Assembly (NCBI GenBank): GCA_965197585.1
Contig: OZ240215.1
Span: 2,528,001 to 2,592,000, forward strand
Source of the DNA: Dehalococcoidia bacterium
GTDB lineage: Bacteria; Chloroflexota; Dehalococcoidia; Plut-88900
DNA: 64,000 bases
Direction of reading: 5' to 3'
The notes under the pieces are model-generated. The model did not search any database and had not been told where the DNA came from. It was given only the letters and a program-made list of their open reading frames with translations. A program made the translations under genes and the position numbers. Shown piece after piece: positions 49,529 through 58,730 of the stretch (its first letter is position 1; each line of letters starts with the position of its first letter).

Positions 49529-50362
49529 TTATGGCCTCCACGCTTCTGGGATGGGGCCGTTGGGCGTGTAGGTGCCCTCTTCGTCGTGGGTCTCGTGGCC
49601 GATGAGGGGCGGGTTGAAGACGCTGAGCAGGTAGGTGTCGGAGAACTTTACTGTCTGGTGTCGGTCCTTGGGCCCGACGAAGTACATGGTGCCGGGGGCC
49701 AGGTCCCACTTCTCGCCGGTGGTCAGGTCTTCCACCGTGCCTTCGCCTTCCAGGATGTAATTGGCCTCCACGTGGTTCTTGTACCAGAGGACGATTCCCT
49801 TGCCCGCGGGTGAGCGGGGGGTGGACATAGTGAAACCGCACCCTTCCGGCTGGTTGAGATACCGGTAGGCGGTGGAGCGGCCGTGGCTTATCCCGACTAC
49901 CTTGGTGTCCTCCAGGCGCTTGACGAACATGGTCCGCCCGTTCTCTCCCTGCCATTCGGGGGGAAGGTCGCCGGTGGGCGGGTAGGCGCCGTCGGCGTCG
50001 TGGCGCTCGGTGCCCAGGGTGGCGGGGTTGAAGACGCTTACAACGTGAACATCGCTGTTGGCCGTCAGCCGGTGACGGTCCTTCGGCCCGACCACGTAGA
50101 GGTCTCCGGCGCCCAGGTCCCAACTTTCGCCATTGGTCAAGTTCTCCACGTGCAGATCACCGCCTACCACCAGGTTCCCCTCCACATGGTTCTTGTACCA
50201 CAGGTCGATGACCCAGCCTTCGGAAATCCTGACGTCCGAAAGGGAAAACCCGGCGCCGTCCGCCTTAGTTACCAAGCGCCTTGATTGCAGTCTCTTATTC
50301 CCGTCGGTCTTGACCATCTCCATGTCGGTCCCGGCCAAGTCCTCCAGCGTTCTTACGAACAT
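49529..50362 (-). CDS. Tandem two-domain EctC-like cupin, copy 4
   Basis: Same motifs; WYKNHVE twice and HETHDEEGTY, closest to canonical EctC. Confidence 0.85.
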   Translation of the reverse strand: MFVRTLEDLAGTDMEMVKTDGNKRLQSRRLVTKADGAGFSLSDVRISEGWVIDLWYKNHVEGNLVVGGDLHVENLTNGESWDLGAGDLYVVGPKDRHRLTANSDVHVVSVFNPATLGTERHDADGAYPPTGDLPPEWQGENGRTMFVKRLEDTKVVGISHGRSTAYRYLNQPEGCGFTMSTPRSPAGKGIVLWYKNHVEANYILEGEGTVEDLTTGEKWDLAPGTMYFVGPKDRHQTVKFSDTYLLSVFNPPLIGHETHDEEGTYTPNGPIPEAWRP

Positions 50363-50453
50363 AACTTCACCTCCAGATCCTTTCCATATATACGGGTCTC
50401 GGGGGACAGTCTAACTTAAACCGAGAAAGCGGACACTCACCATCGCCGGCTCC

Positions 50454-51287
50454 CTACGGCCTCCAGGCCTCAGGGATGGGGCCGGTGGGCGGATAGCCGC
50501 CCTGATCATCATGAGTCTCGCTGCCGACGAGGGGCGGGTTGAAGACGCTCACCAGCGCGAAGGCCGTGTTGAAGGACATCAAGTGCCTGTCCTTCGGGCC
50601 AACGAAGTACATCGATCCTGGGGCCAGGGCCCACTTTTCGCCCGTGTTCAGGTCCTCGACGGAACCCTCGCCCTCCAGGACGTAGTTGGCCTCAACGTGG
50701 TTCTGGTACCACAACTCTTTCCCGTGGCCCACCGAGGAGCGGGGGTTAGAGACGGTGAAGCCGCAGCCGTCGGCCTGGGTGATGTAGCGGAAGGCCTGGG
50801 CACCCGTGCCCCGGACGCCGACGGCCTGGGTATCGGACTGTCTCTTCACAATCATGCTTCGGCCCGACTCACCAGCCCAGGAAGGAGGAACTTCACCGGT
50901 TGGGGGATAAGCGCCGTCTTCGTCAGGGGTCTCGTCGCCTTTGAGCGCTGGGTTGAAAACCGTGACGGCGTGCAATTCGGTCCTGGTCGAGACGTGATGC
51001 TTGTCCTTGGGACCAACCACATACAGGTCCCCCGCCCCGACCTCCCAGCTCTTGCCGGTGGCGTACTCCGTAACCGTGGCAGTACCGGAGACTATGAGAC
51101 TTGCCTCCACATGGTTCTTGTAGTGACAGTCGATCTCCCAGCCAGGAGAGAGGGTGACGTCGGCGAGGGAGAAGCCTGCGCCGTCTACCTTTGTGACGAG
51201 CCGGACGGCCCTGAGCCACAGGTCTCCGTTCTGCCATTTGACTTCCTTGTCGGTGTTTGCGAGCTGGTCAAGGGTTCTTACGAACAT
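50454..51287 (-). CDS. Tandem two-domain EctC-like cupin, copy 5
   Basis: Same double EctC motifs, 277 aa; GGAGG RBS. Confidence 0.85.
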   Translation of the reverse strand: MFVRTLDQLANTDKEVKWQNGDLWLRAVRLVTKVDGAGFSLADVTLSPGWEIDCHYKNHVEASLIVSGTATVTEYATGKSWEVGAGDLYVVGPKDKHHVSTRTELHAVTVFNPALKGDETPDEDGAYPPTGEVPPSWAGESGRSMIVKRQSDTQAVGVRGTGAQAFRYITQADGCGFTVSNPRSSVGHGKELWYQNHVEANYVLEGEGSVEDLNTGEKWALAPGSMYFVGPKDRHLMSFNTAFALVSVFNPPLVGSETHDDQGGYPPTGPIPEAWRP

Positions 51288-51362
51288 GTCGGGTGTCCTC
51301 CGGGTTCGGGAGTATCTGTGTAAATGACCTTGTTCTTAGCCGGGACCACCCTAACCCATCAG

Positions 51363-51513
51363 GAAGCCTTTGTGTAACTCTGGCCTGGCGTCGGGACACC
51401 CCGCCCATTCCGCTCTTGAGACCCTTCGACTCCGCTCAGGGCGAGCGGAATGCCCCACCCCCAGGGGATGGATTACGGCTCGGGGGCCAGAGTGACAGTT
51501 ATGCAAAAGTCTC
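51363..51513. mobile_element. MITE-like element inserted in the EctC-like array
   Basis: Ends GAAGCCTTTGTGTAAC / GTTATGCAAAAGTCTC, same terminal-repeat family as 18237-18368; encloses a reverse REP-like palindrome at 51407-51451. Confidence 0.5.
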
Positions 51514-51537
51514 ATCAAGGGAAAGGGGATAAGAAGC

Positions 51538-52371
51538 TTAGGGCCTCCAGGCCTCGGGGATGGGGCCGGTGGGCGGGTAGCCGCCCTGGTCATCGTGGGT
51601 CTCATTGCCGACGAGAGGCGGGTTGAATACGCTTAACAGGTAGAAGCCGGTGGTGGTGTTGACCTGGTGCCTGTCTTTGGGGCCCACAAAGTACATGGAC
51701 CCGGGGAACAGGTCCCATTCCTCGCCAGTGGTCAGGTCTTCGGCAGTCCCCTCGCCCTCAATTACATAGTTAGCTTCCACGTGGTTCTTGTAATGGAGCA
51801 CGATGCCGTCTCCCGCAGGAGAGCGGGGGGTGGAAATGGTGAAGCCGCATTCATCTGCCTGGGTGAGGTAGCGATAGGCCTTGGCAGCGCCATGGCTAAC
51901 GCTGACTTCACGGGTGTCCGCAAGTCTCTTGAGGAACATCGTCCGTCCCGAATCACCGATCCATGCAGGTGGGACCTCGCCTGTCGGTGGGTATGCGCCG
52001 TCCTCATCGGGTTTTTCGTTGCCGATAAGCGCGGGGTTAAAGACGGTGACGGCGCGCATCTCGGTCTTAGTTGACACGTGGTGCTTGTCCTTTGGCCCGA
52101 CCACATACAAGTCCCCCGGGCCCACGTCCCAGCTTTTGCCGGTGGCATATTCCGTTAGTGTAGCGCTGCCGGAGATGATGAAGCTGGCTTCGATGTGGTG
52201 CTTGTAGTGGCAGTCAATCTCCCATCCTGCAGAAAGCCGGACGTCGGCGAGGGAGAAGCCGACAAGGTCGCTCTTGGTCACAAGCCGCGCGGCTCTGAGC
52301 CACAGGTCTCCGTCCTGCCACTTACCTTCTTTGTCACTGCCTGCGAGTTGGTCAACGGTCCTTACGAACAT
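51538..52371 (-). CDS. Tandem two-domain EctC-like cupin, copy 6
   Basis: HYKHHIE and HYKNHVE, YVVGPKDKH and YFVGPKDRH, 277 aa. Confidence 0.85.
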   Translation of the reverse strand: MFVRTVDQLAGSDKEGKWQDGDLWLRAARLVTKSDLVGFSLADVRLSAGWEIDCHYKHHIEASFIISGSATLTEYATGKSWDVGPGDLYVVGPKDKHHVSTKTEMRAVTVFNPALIGNEKPDEDGAYPPTGEVPPAWIGDSGRTMFLKRLADTREVSVSHGAAKAYRYLTQADECGFTISTPRSPAGDGIVLHYKNHVEANYVIEGEGTAEDLTTGEEWDLFPGSMYFVGPKDRHQVNTTTGFYLLSVFNPPLVGNETHDDQGGYPPTGPIPEAWRP

Positions 52372-52421
52372 GTCGGTTGTCCTCCGGTTTCATGGTTATG
52401 GATCTGCGTATCGTCGTCAAC

Positions 52422-53639
52422 TTACCTGACATAGTCAGGACTCCATCGCTCACCCTTACCCTCTTTGTATTTTCCTGATCCAGCTTCTCTAATTAGCACA
52501 CGCTTTTCTGAGCCGTCTGGTGACATAACAAACAGAGCAACCTCCCTGTCCTGTTCCGATGCCGAATCATCCCGCCCAAATCGGGGGAGCACGGCGACCT
52601 TTGACCAGTCCGGGGACCAAGTGGCAACGGCATGCTTAGGATATAGGTGCCTGAATATTCTATAGTTGGACCCGTCCGCCCTTGCAATGATGAAAGGATA
52701 GCTGCCGAACCTGATCTCGGAACCATCGGGGGACCAGTAAAGGAAGGGGAATGCCCGGCCGTTAAATCGTGTCCGAAGGACATCTACAATTTCTCGCTGT
52801 TCTGAGCTATGAACATCTATGTCGTATAACACTACGGTGTCGTTCTCTTCGCTCACATTCAAGAATGCAATACTCTTGCTATCCGGTGACCACGCAGGCA
52901 CGCTTGTAGTTTCAGATAACCTTTGGAGATTAGAGCCATCCGAACCGACAACATAGACAACCATCTGATGTCCATCACCCGTTACCTTCTCTTCAAGATT
53001 GAGGAAAGCGATATACCGCCCGTCGGGTGACCAGATAGGAGCTGCCTCTATCTCAATGACATTTGCACCAAGACTTCGTACGTCAGAACCATCCGGGGCC
53101 ATAGTGAATAGAGTGAAGTCAGTCAAATAGAGGTCATCGCTAAGGTCTTCTAGGGATAGCCGATCGGATAGGAATGCAATGCGACTTCCGTCAGGGGACC
53201 ATGCCGGAACAATGTCATTTGCTGCATCCTCAGTTAGCCGTTGGCCATTTGAGCCATCTAGATTCTTCAACACAAGTTCGTAATTCAACTTTCCACCAAA
53301 CAGGCCCCCTGTCTTGAGTCTTTGGGAATACACGACTTGAGAGCCATCCGGAGAAATGCTCGGTGAATGAGCGTTTCGGTTTCGATTGTCAGCATGATCG
53401 TTCAGTACTATTAGATTGGATCCGTCTGCGTCTATAACGAATATTATTCCCCGGCCCAATTCCACCGCTATTCGAGTACCGTCTGGAGTCCATTGTGGTA
53501 GTCCAGAGCCTCCTTGGAAGGAATATCCGAATTCTATTTCGGCGGATTCTCCGCAATCCGAAGCTATCATGCAAAGACTGATCGCTGCGACAAGAAGTAA
53601 GACTAAGCCCTTTCTCAAGTTACCCTTGAGATTTTTCAT
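52422..53639 (-). CDS. TolB-like (PD40) beta-propeller protein, probably secreted or lipoprotein
   Basis: Signal-peptide-like N-terminus ending ASDC; multiple P.WSPDG repeats; low GC. Confidence 0.8.
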   Translation of the reverse strand: MKNLKGNLRKGLVLLLVAAISLCMIASDCGESAEIEFGYSFQGGSGLPQWTPDGTRIAVELGRGIIFVIDADGSNLIVLNDHADNRNRNAHSPSISPDGSQVVYSQRLKTGGLFGGKLNYELVLKNLDGSNGQRLTEDAANDIVPAWSPDGSRIAFLSDRLSLEDLSDDLYLTDFTLFTMAPDGSDVRSLGANVIEIEAAPIWSPDGRYIAFLNLEEKVTGDGHQMVVYVVGSDGSNLQRLSETTSVPAWSPDSKSIAFLNVSEENDTVVLYDIDVHSSEQREIVDVLRTRFNGRAFPFLYWSPDGSEIRFGSYPFIIARADGSNYRIFRHLYPKHAVATWSPDWSKVAVLPRFGRDDSASEQDREVALFVMSPDGSEKRVLIREAGSGKYKEGKGERWSPDYVR

Positions 53640-53652
53640 AGTTCACTCTACT

Positions 53653-54852
53653 TCAAACACCCTTGCTCAAGATCTCCAACGGCAGCTTGGACAGCAGTTC
53701 AAGCCCTGATTCCGTCATGACAAAAGTGTCAATTAGCCCCGCGGACCGGGCATCCTTGCCCCGAGAGAAGATCTCGTAGTTGGTGACGAAGCCGGGCTGC
53801 ATGGGCTCGTCCACAAAGCCACCGCCCACGACTCGGGTGTGGCCCACCCAGTCGGGAGGAAGCGAGAGGCCGACATCGTAGCCTCCGCGGTCGACCTCAG
53901 CTGTAAGCCCTAAGGAAGCGAGGTATTCGTCGATGGTCTTGCCTATGGCCGTGGGCGGATCGCCGGGTTTGACTCGCTCCTGGACGTATGGGATGCTCTC
54001 CGCAAGGGCCTTCATGCGCTCACTGGCCTTACCGGTGGGCTCACCGAGACAGAAGAAGCGGCAGAGGTCGGCGTGGTAGCGATTGTAGACGCCGCACACG
54101 TCGGCGAAGATTGTCTCACCAGCCTCCAGGCGCATCCGGGTGGTGGGCTTGTGGGGCATACGGAATCCCTCTTTGCTGACGACGCATCGGATGGCGGTTT
54201 CCTCGCCGCCGGCCTTGGCCATGGCGTACTGCATTGCGCCGTTGACCTCAAGCTCTGTAACACCGGGGGCGGCGGCTTCCAGCCCCGCCATGATTCCGAT
54301 GTCGGCTATCTCTGCAGCCTTTCTCACACAGGCGACCTCCAGCGGCGACTTGGTGAGTCCCACGGTATCCACAATCCATGACCCGTCGACAACACGGGCC
54401 CCGGCTCCCGACATGCGCTCCTCCATAGCCTGCATCATCGCAGGCGAGGGTGCGTAGGCCCACTTTTCAATGCCGACGCAGCCCCTGAGCAGGCCTCGGT
54501 CCTTCATGGAGTCGATGACCGTGCCAAGCTGCGGGCCCATCGGGTGGAATGGGAAGGTAGCGTAGAAGACCGCCTCGTCGATGTAGCAGAAGTCGTTGAC
54601 CATGCGCTCGTGGTAGGAGTCGAAGAAGAGCACCTTCTCGGAGTCGGCCCGGATGACGAGCCCGGTGGGCGAGGCATGGTAGAACCAGATGATATCGAAT
54701 CCCGTGAGATATGTGATGTTCCTGGGCGAGCTGACGTAGAGGATGTCTATCCCGCGGTCAACCATTCTCTGTCGGACCTTGGCTCGGCGGGCGTCGTACT
54801 CCTCGTTGGGAAACACGGCCCCAAATGTCCTTTCGTTGGGCAAGTCAGTCAT
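53653..54852 (-). CDS. M24 protein, divergent DoeA/EutD-like, copy 4
   Basis: FPNEEYDARR, NITYLTG, KSPLE, RYHAD, GLSLPPDWVG; AAGGAG RBS. Confidence 0.8.
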   Translation of the reverse strand: MTDLPNERTFGAVFPNEEYDARRAKVRQRMVDRGIDILYVSSPRNITYLTGFDIIWFYHASPTGLVIRADSEKVLFFDSYHERMVNDFCYIDEAVFYATFPFHPMGPQLGTVIDSMKDRGLLRGCVGIEKWAYAPSPAMMQAMEERMSGAGARVVDGSWIVDTVGLTKSPLEVACVRKAAEIADIGIMAGLEAAAPGVTELEVNGAMQYAMAKAGGEETAIRCVVSKEGFRMPHKPTTRMRLEAGETIFADVCGVYNRYHADLCRFFCLGEPTGKASERMKALAESIPYVQERVKPGDPPTAIGKTIDEYLASLGLTAEVDRGGYDVGLSLPPDWVGHTRVVGGGFVDEPMQPGFVTNYEIFSRGKDARSAGLIDTFVMTESGLELLSKLPLEILSKGV

Positions 54853-55011
54853 TGTCGTCTCCTTATTAACGCACTTTGATGGCACTGGGTTATTCGAAGA
54901 ATTCGAGGGAGTTTTCGAGGCTAAACAGGGCTAAGCCTCAGGCGAAAGAGAGCAAGGAATCATGGAACTTACAATACCGTCAGCCGACGACGCGGGGCAA
55001 GGGGGAAGAGT

Positions 55012-56310
55012 CTAAAGCGTCTTCCGCCAGTCCGCCGAATCCCCCTCTTGGAAGCGGGTGAAACGGAAGGGATGAAGATCGACGCTTGGTGTCTCGCCCA
55101 TGACCAGCTGAGACATCACCAGCCCGGCCCCGGGACCCATGGCTATGCCGTGGCCGCTCATTCCCGTGGCGAAGTAGAACCCCTTCACGCCGGGTACTCC
55201 GCCCAGAACAGGCGTGGCATCGGGGCTCGCGTCTATCCTGCCCGCCCACGCCCGCTGTATGCCCAGCTCTCCAACCGAGGGCAGCAGCTTTCTCAAATGG
55301 CTAATCGACTGCTCGACAAACTGGCCATTGGGCTCAGGCTCAACCCCAACAGTGTGTGCGAATGGATGGGCTTTGGCCGGGGAGCCGGGCAGCGCCCTCA
55401 GCACATCATCGAACAGTTCCTTGCCGACGTGCACGGTCATCGTCTTCTTCACCCTCAGGAAGTTGCGTATGAAAAGCCCGAAGTTTTGCAAGGATTGAAG
55501 GTCGACGTAGTAATCTGACCTCGTGCCGTTCGATATGTAGAAAGTCCCGTCCCGCTTCTGCCGAAAAGTCACGTCCGGGGTCATCACCGTGCAGTGGGAG
55601 ATAATCTCGGTGGGTTCGGTGCAGACTACAGTGCCTTTCGCTACCCGCTGGGGCAGGTGCACGCCCACCATCCGCCCGACCTTCGATGCCCAGGCCCCCG
55701 CCGCACACACAACCTTATCCGTTTCAATTCGTCCCTTGTCGGTGACGACGGATTTAACGGCACCACCCTCCACTTCTAACCCTTCCACGGCCCGCCCGGT
55801 GTGCAGAGCCACTCCGCTCTCCCTCGCGGCCCAGGCTATCGCCTCGGTTGCGCGCCTGGGCTCGGTCTGGCCGTCCGAAGGAGTGTGTATCCCACCAACA
55901 AACGCCCCTTCGAGCGCCGGTATCTCGCGCTTAACCTCATCCCTGGTTAGGACCCTGGTGTCAAGACCCAAGACTCGAGCCTCCCGGGCCCACTCTTCAA
56001 AGTGAGAGAGGTCCTCTTCCGTGTAGGCCAGTTTGAGGGACCCTTCCTCAATCCATTCAACGTCGGCGCCTATTTCGTCGGTGAGCCCCGACCAAAGGCC
56101 CTTGGAGAAGGTGACAAGTGGAATCTCCCTCGGGTTCCGGCCCTGCTGCCTGACCCAGCCCCAGGCCCGGCTGGACTGCTCGCCTGCCACCTCACCCTTC
56201 TCCACGATGGCGACTTTCACGCCCTTTTTGGCCAGGTAATACGCCGTGCAGCACCCGACAATCCCCGCCCCAATGATGACCACGTCGGCTTTGGATTCGT
56301 TAGTTGTCAT
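55012..56310 (-). CDS. FAD-dependent oxidoreductase, DAO family (D-/L-amino acid deaminase-like)
   Basis: IIGAGIVG, GEQSSRAWGW, AAGAW, WAG..D.SPD, GMSGHG. Confidence 0.88.
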   Translation of the reverse strand: MTTNESKADVVIIGAGIVGCCTAYYLAKKGVKVAIVEKGEVAGEQSSRAWGWVRQQGRNPREIPLVTFSKGLWSGLTDEIGADVEWIEEGSLKLAYTEEDLSHFEEWAREARVLGLDTRVLTRDEVKREIPALEGAFVGGIHTPSDGQTEPRRATEAIAWAARESGVALHTGRAVEGLEVEGGAVKSVVTDKGRIETDKVVCAAGAWASKVGRMVGVHLPQRVAKGTVVCTEPTEIISHCTVMTPDVTFRQKRDGTFYISNGTRSDYYVDLQSLQNFGLFIRNFLRVKKTMTVHVGKELFDDVLRALPGSPAKAHPFAHTVGVEPEPNGQFVEQSISHLRKLLPSVGELGIQRAWAGRIDASPDATPVLGGVPGVKGFYFATGMSGHGIAMGPGAGLVMSQLVMGETPSVDLHPFRFTRFQEGDSADWRKTL

Positions 56311-56498
56311 AGCCTCCTCGGGCCTGGGCCTGTAGTCCATACATCTGCCGAAGCGATTTGGAGAGAATGGTACACCTAAGCGTACTGTACTGCGAACTTT
56401 TCAGTGGGTAGTGTCAATCTAGGTAGTGCTCTCGTAGATCGCAAACGGTTATTACCGATTCGAATCCAGCCAGGTGGGCGATACGGGACCCCCCACCC

Positions 56499-57722
56499 CT
56501 ACCCGATAACCGTCACGTTCCTGTCCAGCCCCGAGAGCACTTCCAGGCCGCTGTCGGTCATCAGGATCGTCTCGATGAAGCCGCCACCCGTGCCACCCTT
56601 CCAGCCGTGGTCAGAATCGAGAACCGTGAACAGGTTTTCGCAGTTCGTGATCATCCCCGGATCGTAGTTCGCAGTCTCGAACCCCGTCTCCGGGTCGATA
56701 AACGTGTGCCCGACCCAATCTGGAGGTATCGCAATCCCCATGTTGTAGCCACTCACGTAGGCAACGTATGGCCGCAGCCCCATCGAGTCCACGTACTCGT
56801 CCATGGCTTTCTGAGCCACGGCTGTGGCGTCGCCCGGTCGCACCTTCGAAATCACGTGATCGACACTCCCACACGTCTTGTCAATAAGCTCTCGCCACTT
56901 CGGCGAAGGCTCGCCCAGCGAGAAGAGCCGACCCAGGTCGGCGTGATACCGATGATAGGACCCGCAGTGGTTGATCCAGACAAGGTCGCCCTGCTGCAGC
57001 TTCCGATGGCTCGGCGCCGAGTGCCGAGCAGCAAACCGTGGCCCCGACCTCACCGCAGCGCGGATGGCCGGATCTCCCCCACCCTCTTTCATCATTGCGT
57101 GGAGCGCGACCCCGGCCAACTCGGTTTCCATCACGCCGGGGCGAATGTGACCGTGGGCCGTTTCCATCGCCTTGTCTGCTATGGACGCCGCCTTCCTCAT
57201 TACCTCTATCTCTGCCGCCGACTTGATCAACCTGACCCGGTCCACGACCCACGACCCGTCCACGATATTCGCGCCCGCACCCGCCAAGCCCTGCTTTATC
57301 TCGTTGATTACCACCCCGCTCGGCGCCCGGCTCCAATCCTCGACACCCACGTTCCCCTTCAACCACCCCCGAGCTTTCAGCGCGCTGACTATCGACTCTG
57401 CAGGAGTTTGCCCATCCTTGAAATACTCCGCATCGTCGACCACAGCGTGCCACTCGACGGTCGGCTGATGATATGGCACCTCGAAGAAAACGGTCTGCCC
57501 GGACTCGGCGTGGACAGCCACGCTCACGGGACTGGTCAGGTAGTACCAGATCATGTCGTAGCTCGTCAGGTAGGTGATGTTGGGCGGAGACGAGACCAAC
57601 AGAAGGTCGATCCCCCGCCGCCCCATCTCCCGACGCACCTTCTCGACCCGATCCACATACTCCCCGACAGAAAAAGGCGGCCCCCAACCCTCCCCCTCCG
57701 CCAAAGCACGACCATCTATCAT
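56499..57722 (-). CDS. M24 protein, divergent DoeA/EutD-like, copy 5
   Basis: FSVGEYVDR, NITYLT, KSAAE, RYHAD, GIAIPPDWVG; GAGGAG RBS before ATG 57722. Confidence 0.8.
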   Translation of the reverse strand: MIDGRALAEGEGWGPPFSVGEYVDRVEKVRREMGRRGIDLLLVSSPPNITYLTSYDMIWYYLTSPVSVAVHAESGQTVFFEVPYHQPTVEWHAVVDDAEYFKDGQTPAESIVSALKARGWLKGNVGVEDWSRAPSGVVINEIKQGLAGAGANIVDGSWVVDRVRLIKSAAEIEVMRKAASIADKAMETAHGHIRPGVMETELAGVALHAMMKEGGGDPAIRAAVRSGPRFAARHSAPSHRKLQQGDLVWINHCGSYHRYHADLGRLFSLGEPSPKWRELIDKTCGSVDHVISKVRPGDATAVAQKAMDEYVDSMGLRPYVAYVSGYNMGIAIPPDWVGHTFIDPETGFETANYDPGMITNCENLFTVLDSDHGWKGGTGGGFIETILMTDSGLEVLSGLDRNVTVIG

Positions 57723-57846
57723 CACCAAAGTCCTCCTCGCAAGGGATGCTTGGCCCGACTCTAGCCCAGGGTCCAGTTCGTGGCAAGGCTCCCCAAACGA
57801 ACACCCCCGACACCCCTCCCCCCCTGTCACCCCAAGCCCCCATTCC

Positions 57847-57880
57847 TGTCATTCCGAGGCCCCGCGAGGAATCTGGGGAG
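57847..57880. repeat. GTCATTCCGAG-type palindrome
   Basis: TGTCATTCCGAGGCCCCGCGAGGAATCT; relatives at about 10475, 15499, 24841, 30789 and 34147. Confidence 0.6.
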
Positions 57881-57932
57881 GGGCCTGTTCCTTTCCCCCG
57901 TAGGGGATTCCCTCGTGGGCGCCGTTCCCCGC

Positions 57933-58320
57933 CTACCACACCGCCTTGAGCGCCTGCCCGATCCTAAGCCCGACCACCACCGCGGTCAGCCCAATCGCCA
58001 ACTGGAGTAACACGTTAGCTGAACCGGCGACGTAGGCGTGGTCTCTGAACAACCTGATCGTATCGATACCGAACGCCGAGAGCGTCGTAAACCCCCCAAG
58101 CACGCCTATGACCAGGAATGCCTGGACCTCGGGGCTCAGCGGCTAATGCGTCTCCGCAAACCCCACGACCAACCCGATAAGAAAACACCCCACCGCGTTC
58201 ACAGCCAGCGTCCCATACGGAAACCCCGTCCCGCCCAGCCCCCCATTCACCCACACCACCACCAGGTAGCGCGCCATCGCCCCCACCACGCCCCCCCGCC
58301 CCGACCCAAAGAATCACCAA
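57933..58320 (-). pseudogene. crcB: Fluoride channel CrcB/Fluc, disrupted
   Basis: GAMARY, FPYGTLAVN, GVLGGFTTLSAF motifs; frameshift in the G-run near 58292-58298 and in-frame TAG at 58143-58145. Confidence 0.82.
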
Positions 58321-58730
58321 GATGCGCCTATCCCCACTTCGATACCGTTAAGTCCGCCTTCGCCAGACTCCTCCAGCTAATCTCTTGTTAGCGGGGTGAC
58401 ATGTCATTGAGAAGAGCTTTCAAGAGAGCTGGACCCTTCGAGACCTGATCATTACCGCCAAGATTAACGTAATTAGGTTTGATCAGGGGATTATATATTT
58501 ATTTCCGGCGCAACTTGATAGACTAACTGGCCCATGCTAGGGGGGCCCGGTTAGTCGCCGGATAGGGGTCGCTCCATAACGGCTACCACATCGGATGTAC
58601 TTGCAATTAGCTCGTCGGATATAACCGCTACACCTAGCACACGAAACCCCGACGCCAAAACGTTCAAACTGTCTTCAAGGTAGGGACTGGTGGTTTGTAC
58701 GACCTTGTACTCGTATCTCATTGTTTACCC

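Noticed and set aside
46797-52371. Canonical ectABC osmolyte biosynthesis cluster
   Set aside because: No ectA, ectB, ectD or ask in the window; the proteins are double length with altered substrate residues.
5493-57880. CRISPR array from recurring repeats
   Set aside because: Repeats are dispersed palindromes without regular unique spacers, and there are no cas genes.
634-57939. Long antisense or alternate-frame ORFs (e.g. 634-1794, 8978-10009, 12373-13569, 39043-40086, 56607-57764, 56881-57939)
   Set aside because: Shadows of real genes in high-GC DNA, with no recognisable motifs.
58143-58145. Pyrrolysine or readthrough at the in-frame TAG of crcB
   Set aside because: The same gene also has a frameshift and no pyl genes are visible; decay is simpler.
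58325-58620. Fluoride riboswitch upstream of crcB
   Set aside because: No GGCGATGG..TCGCC / TGATGAC-type consensus found.
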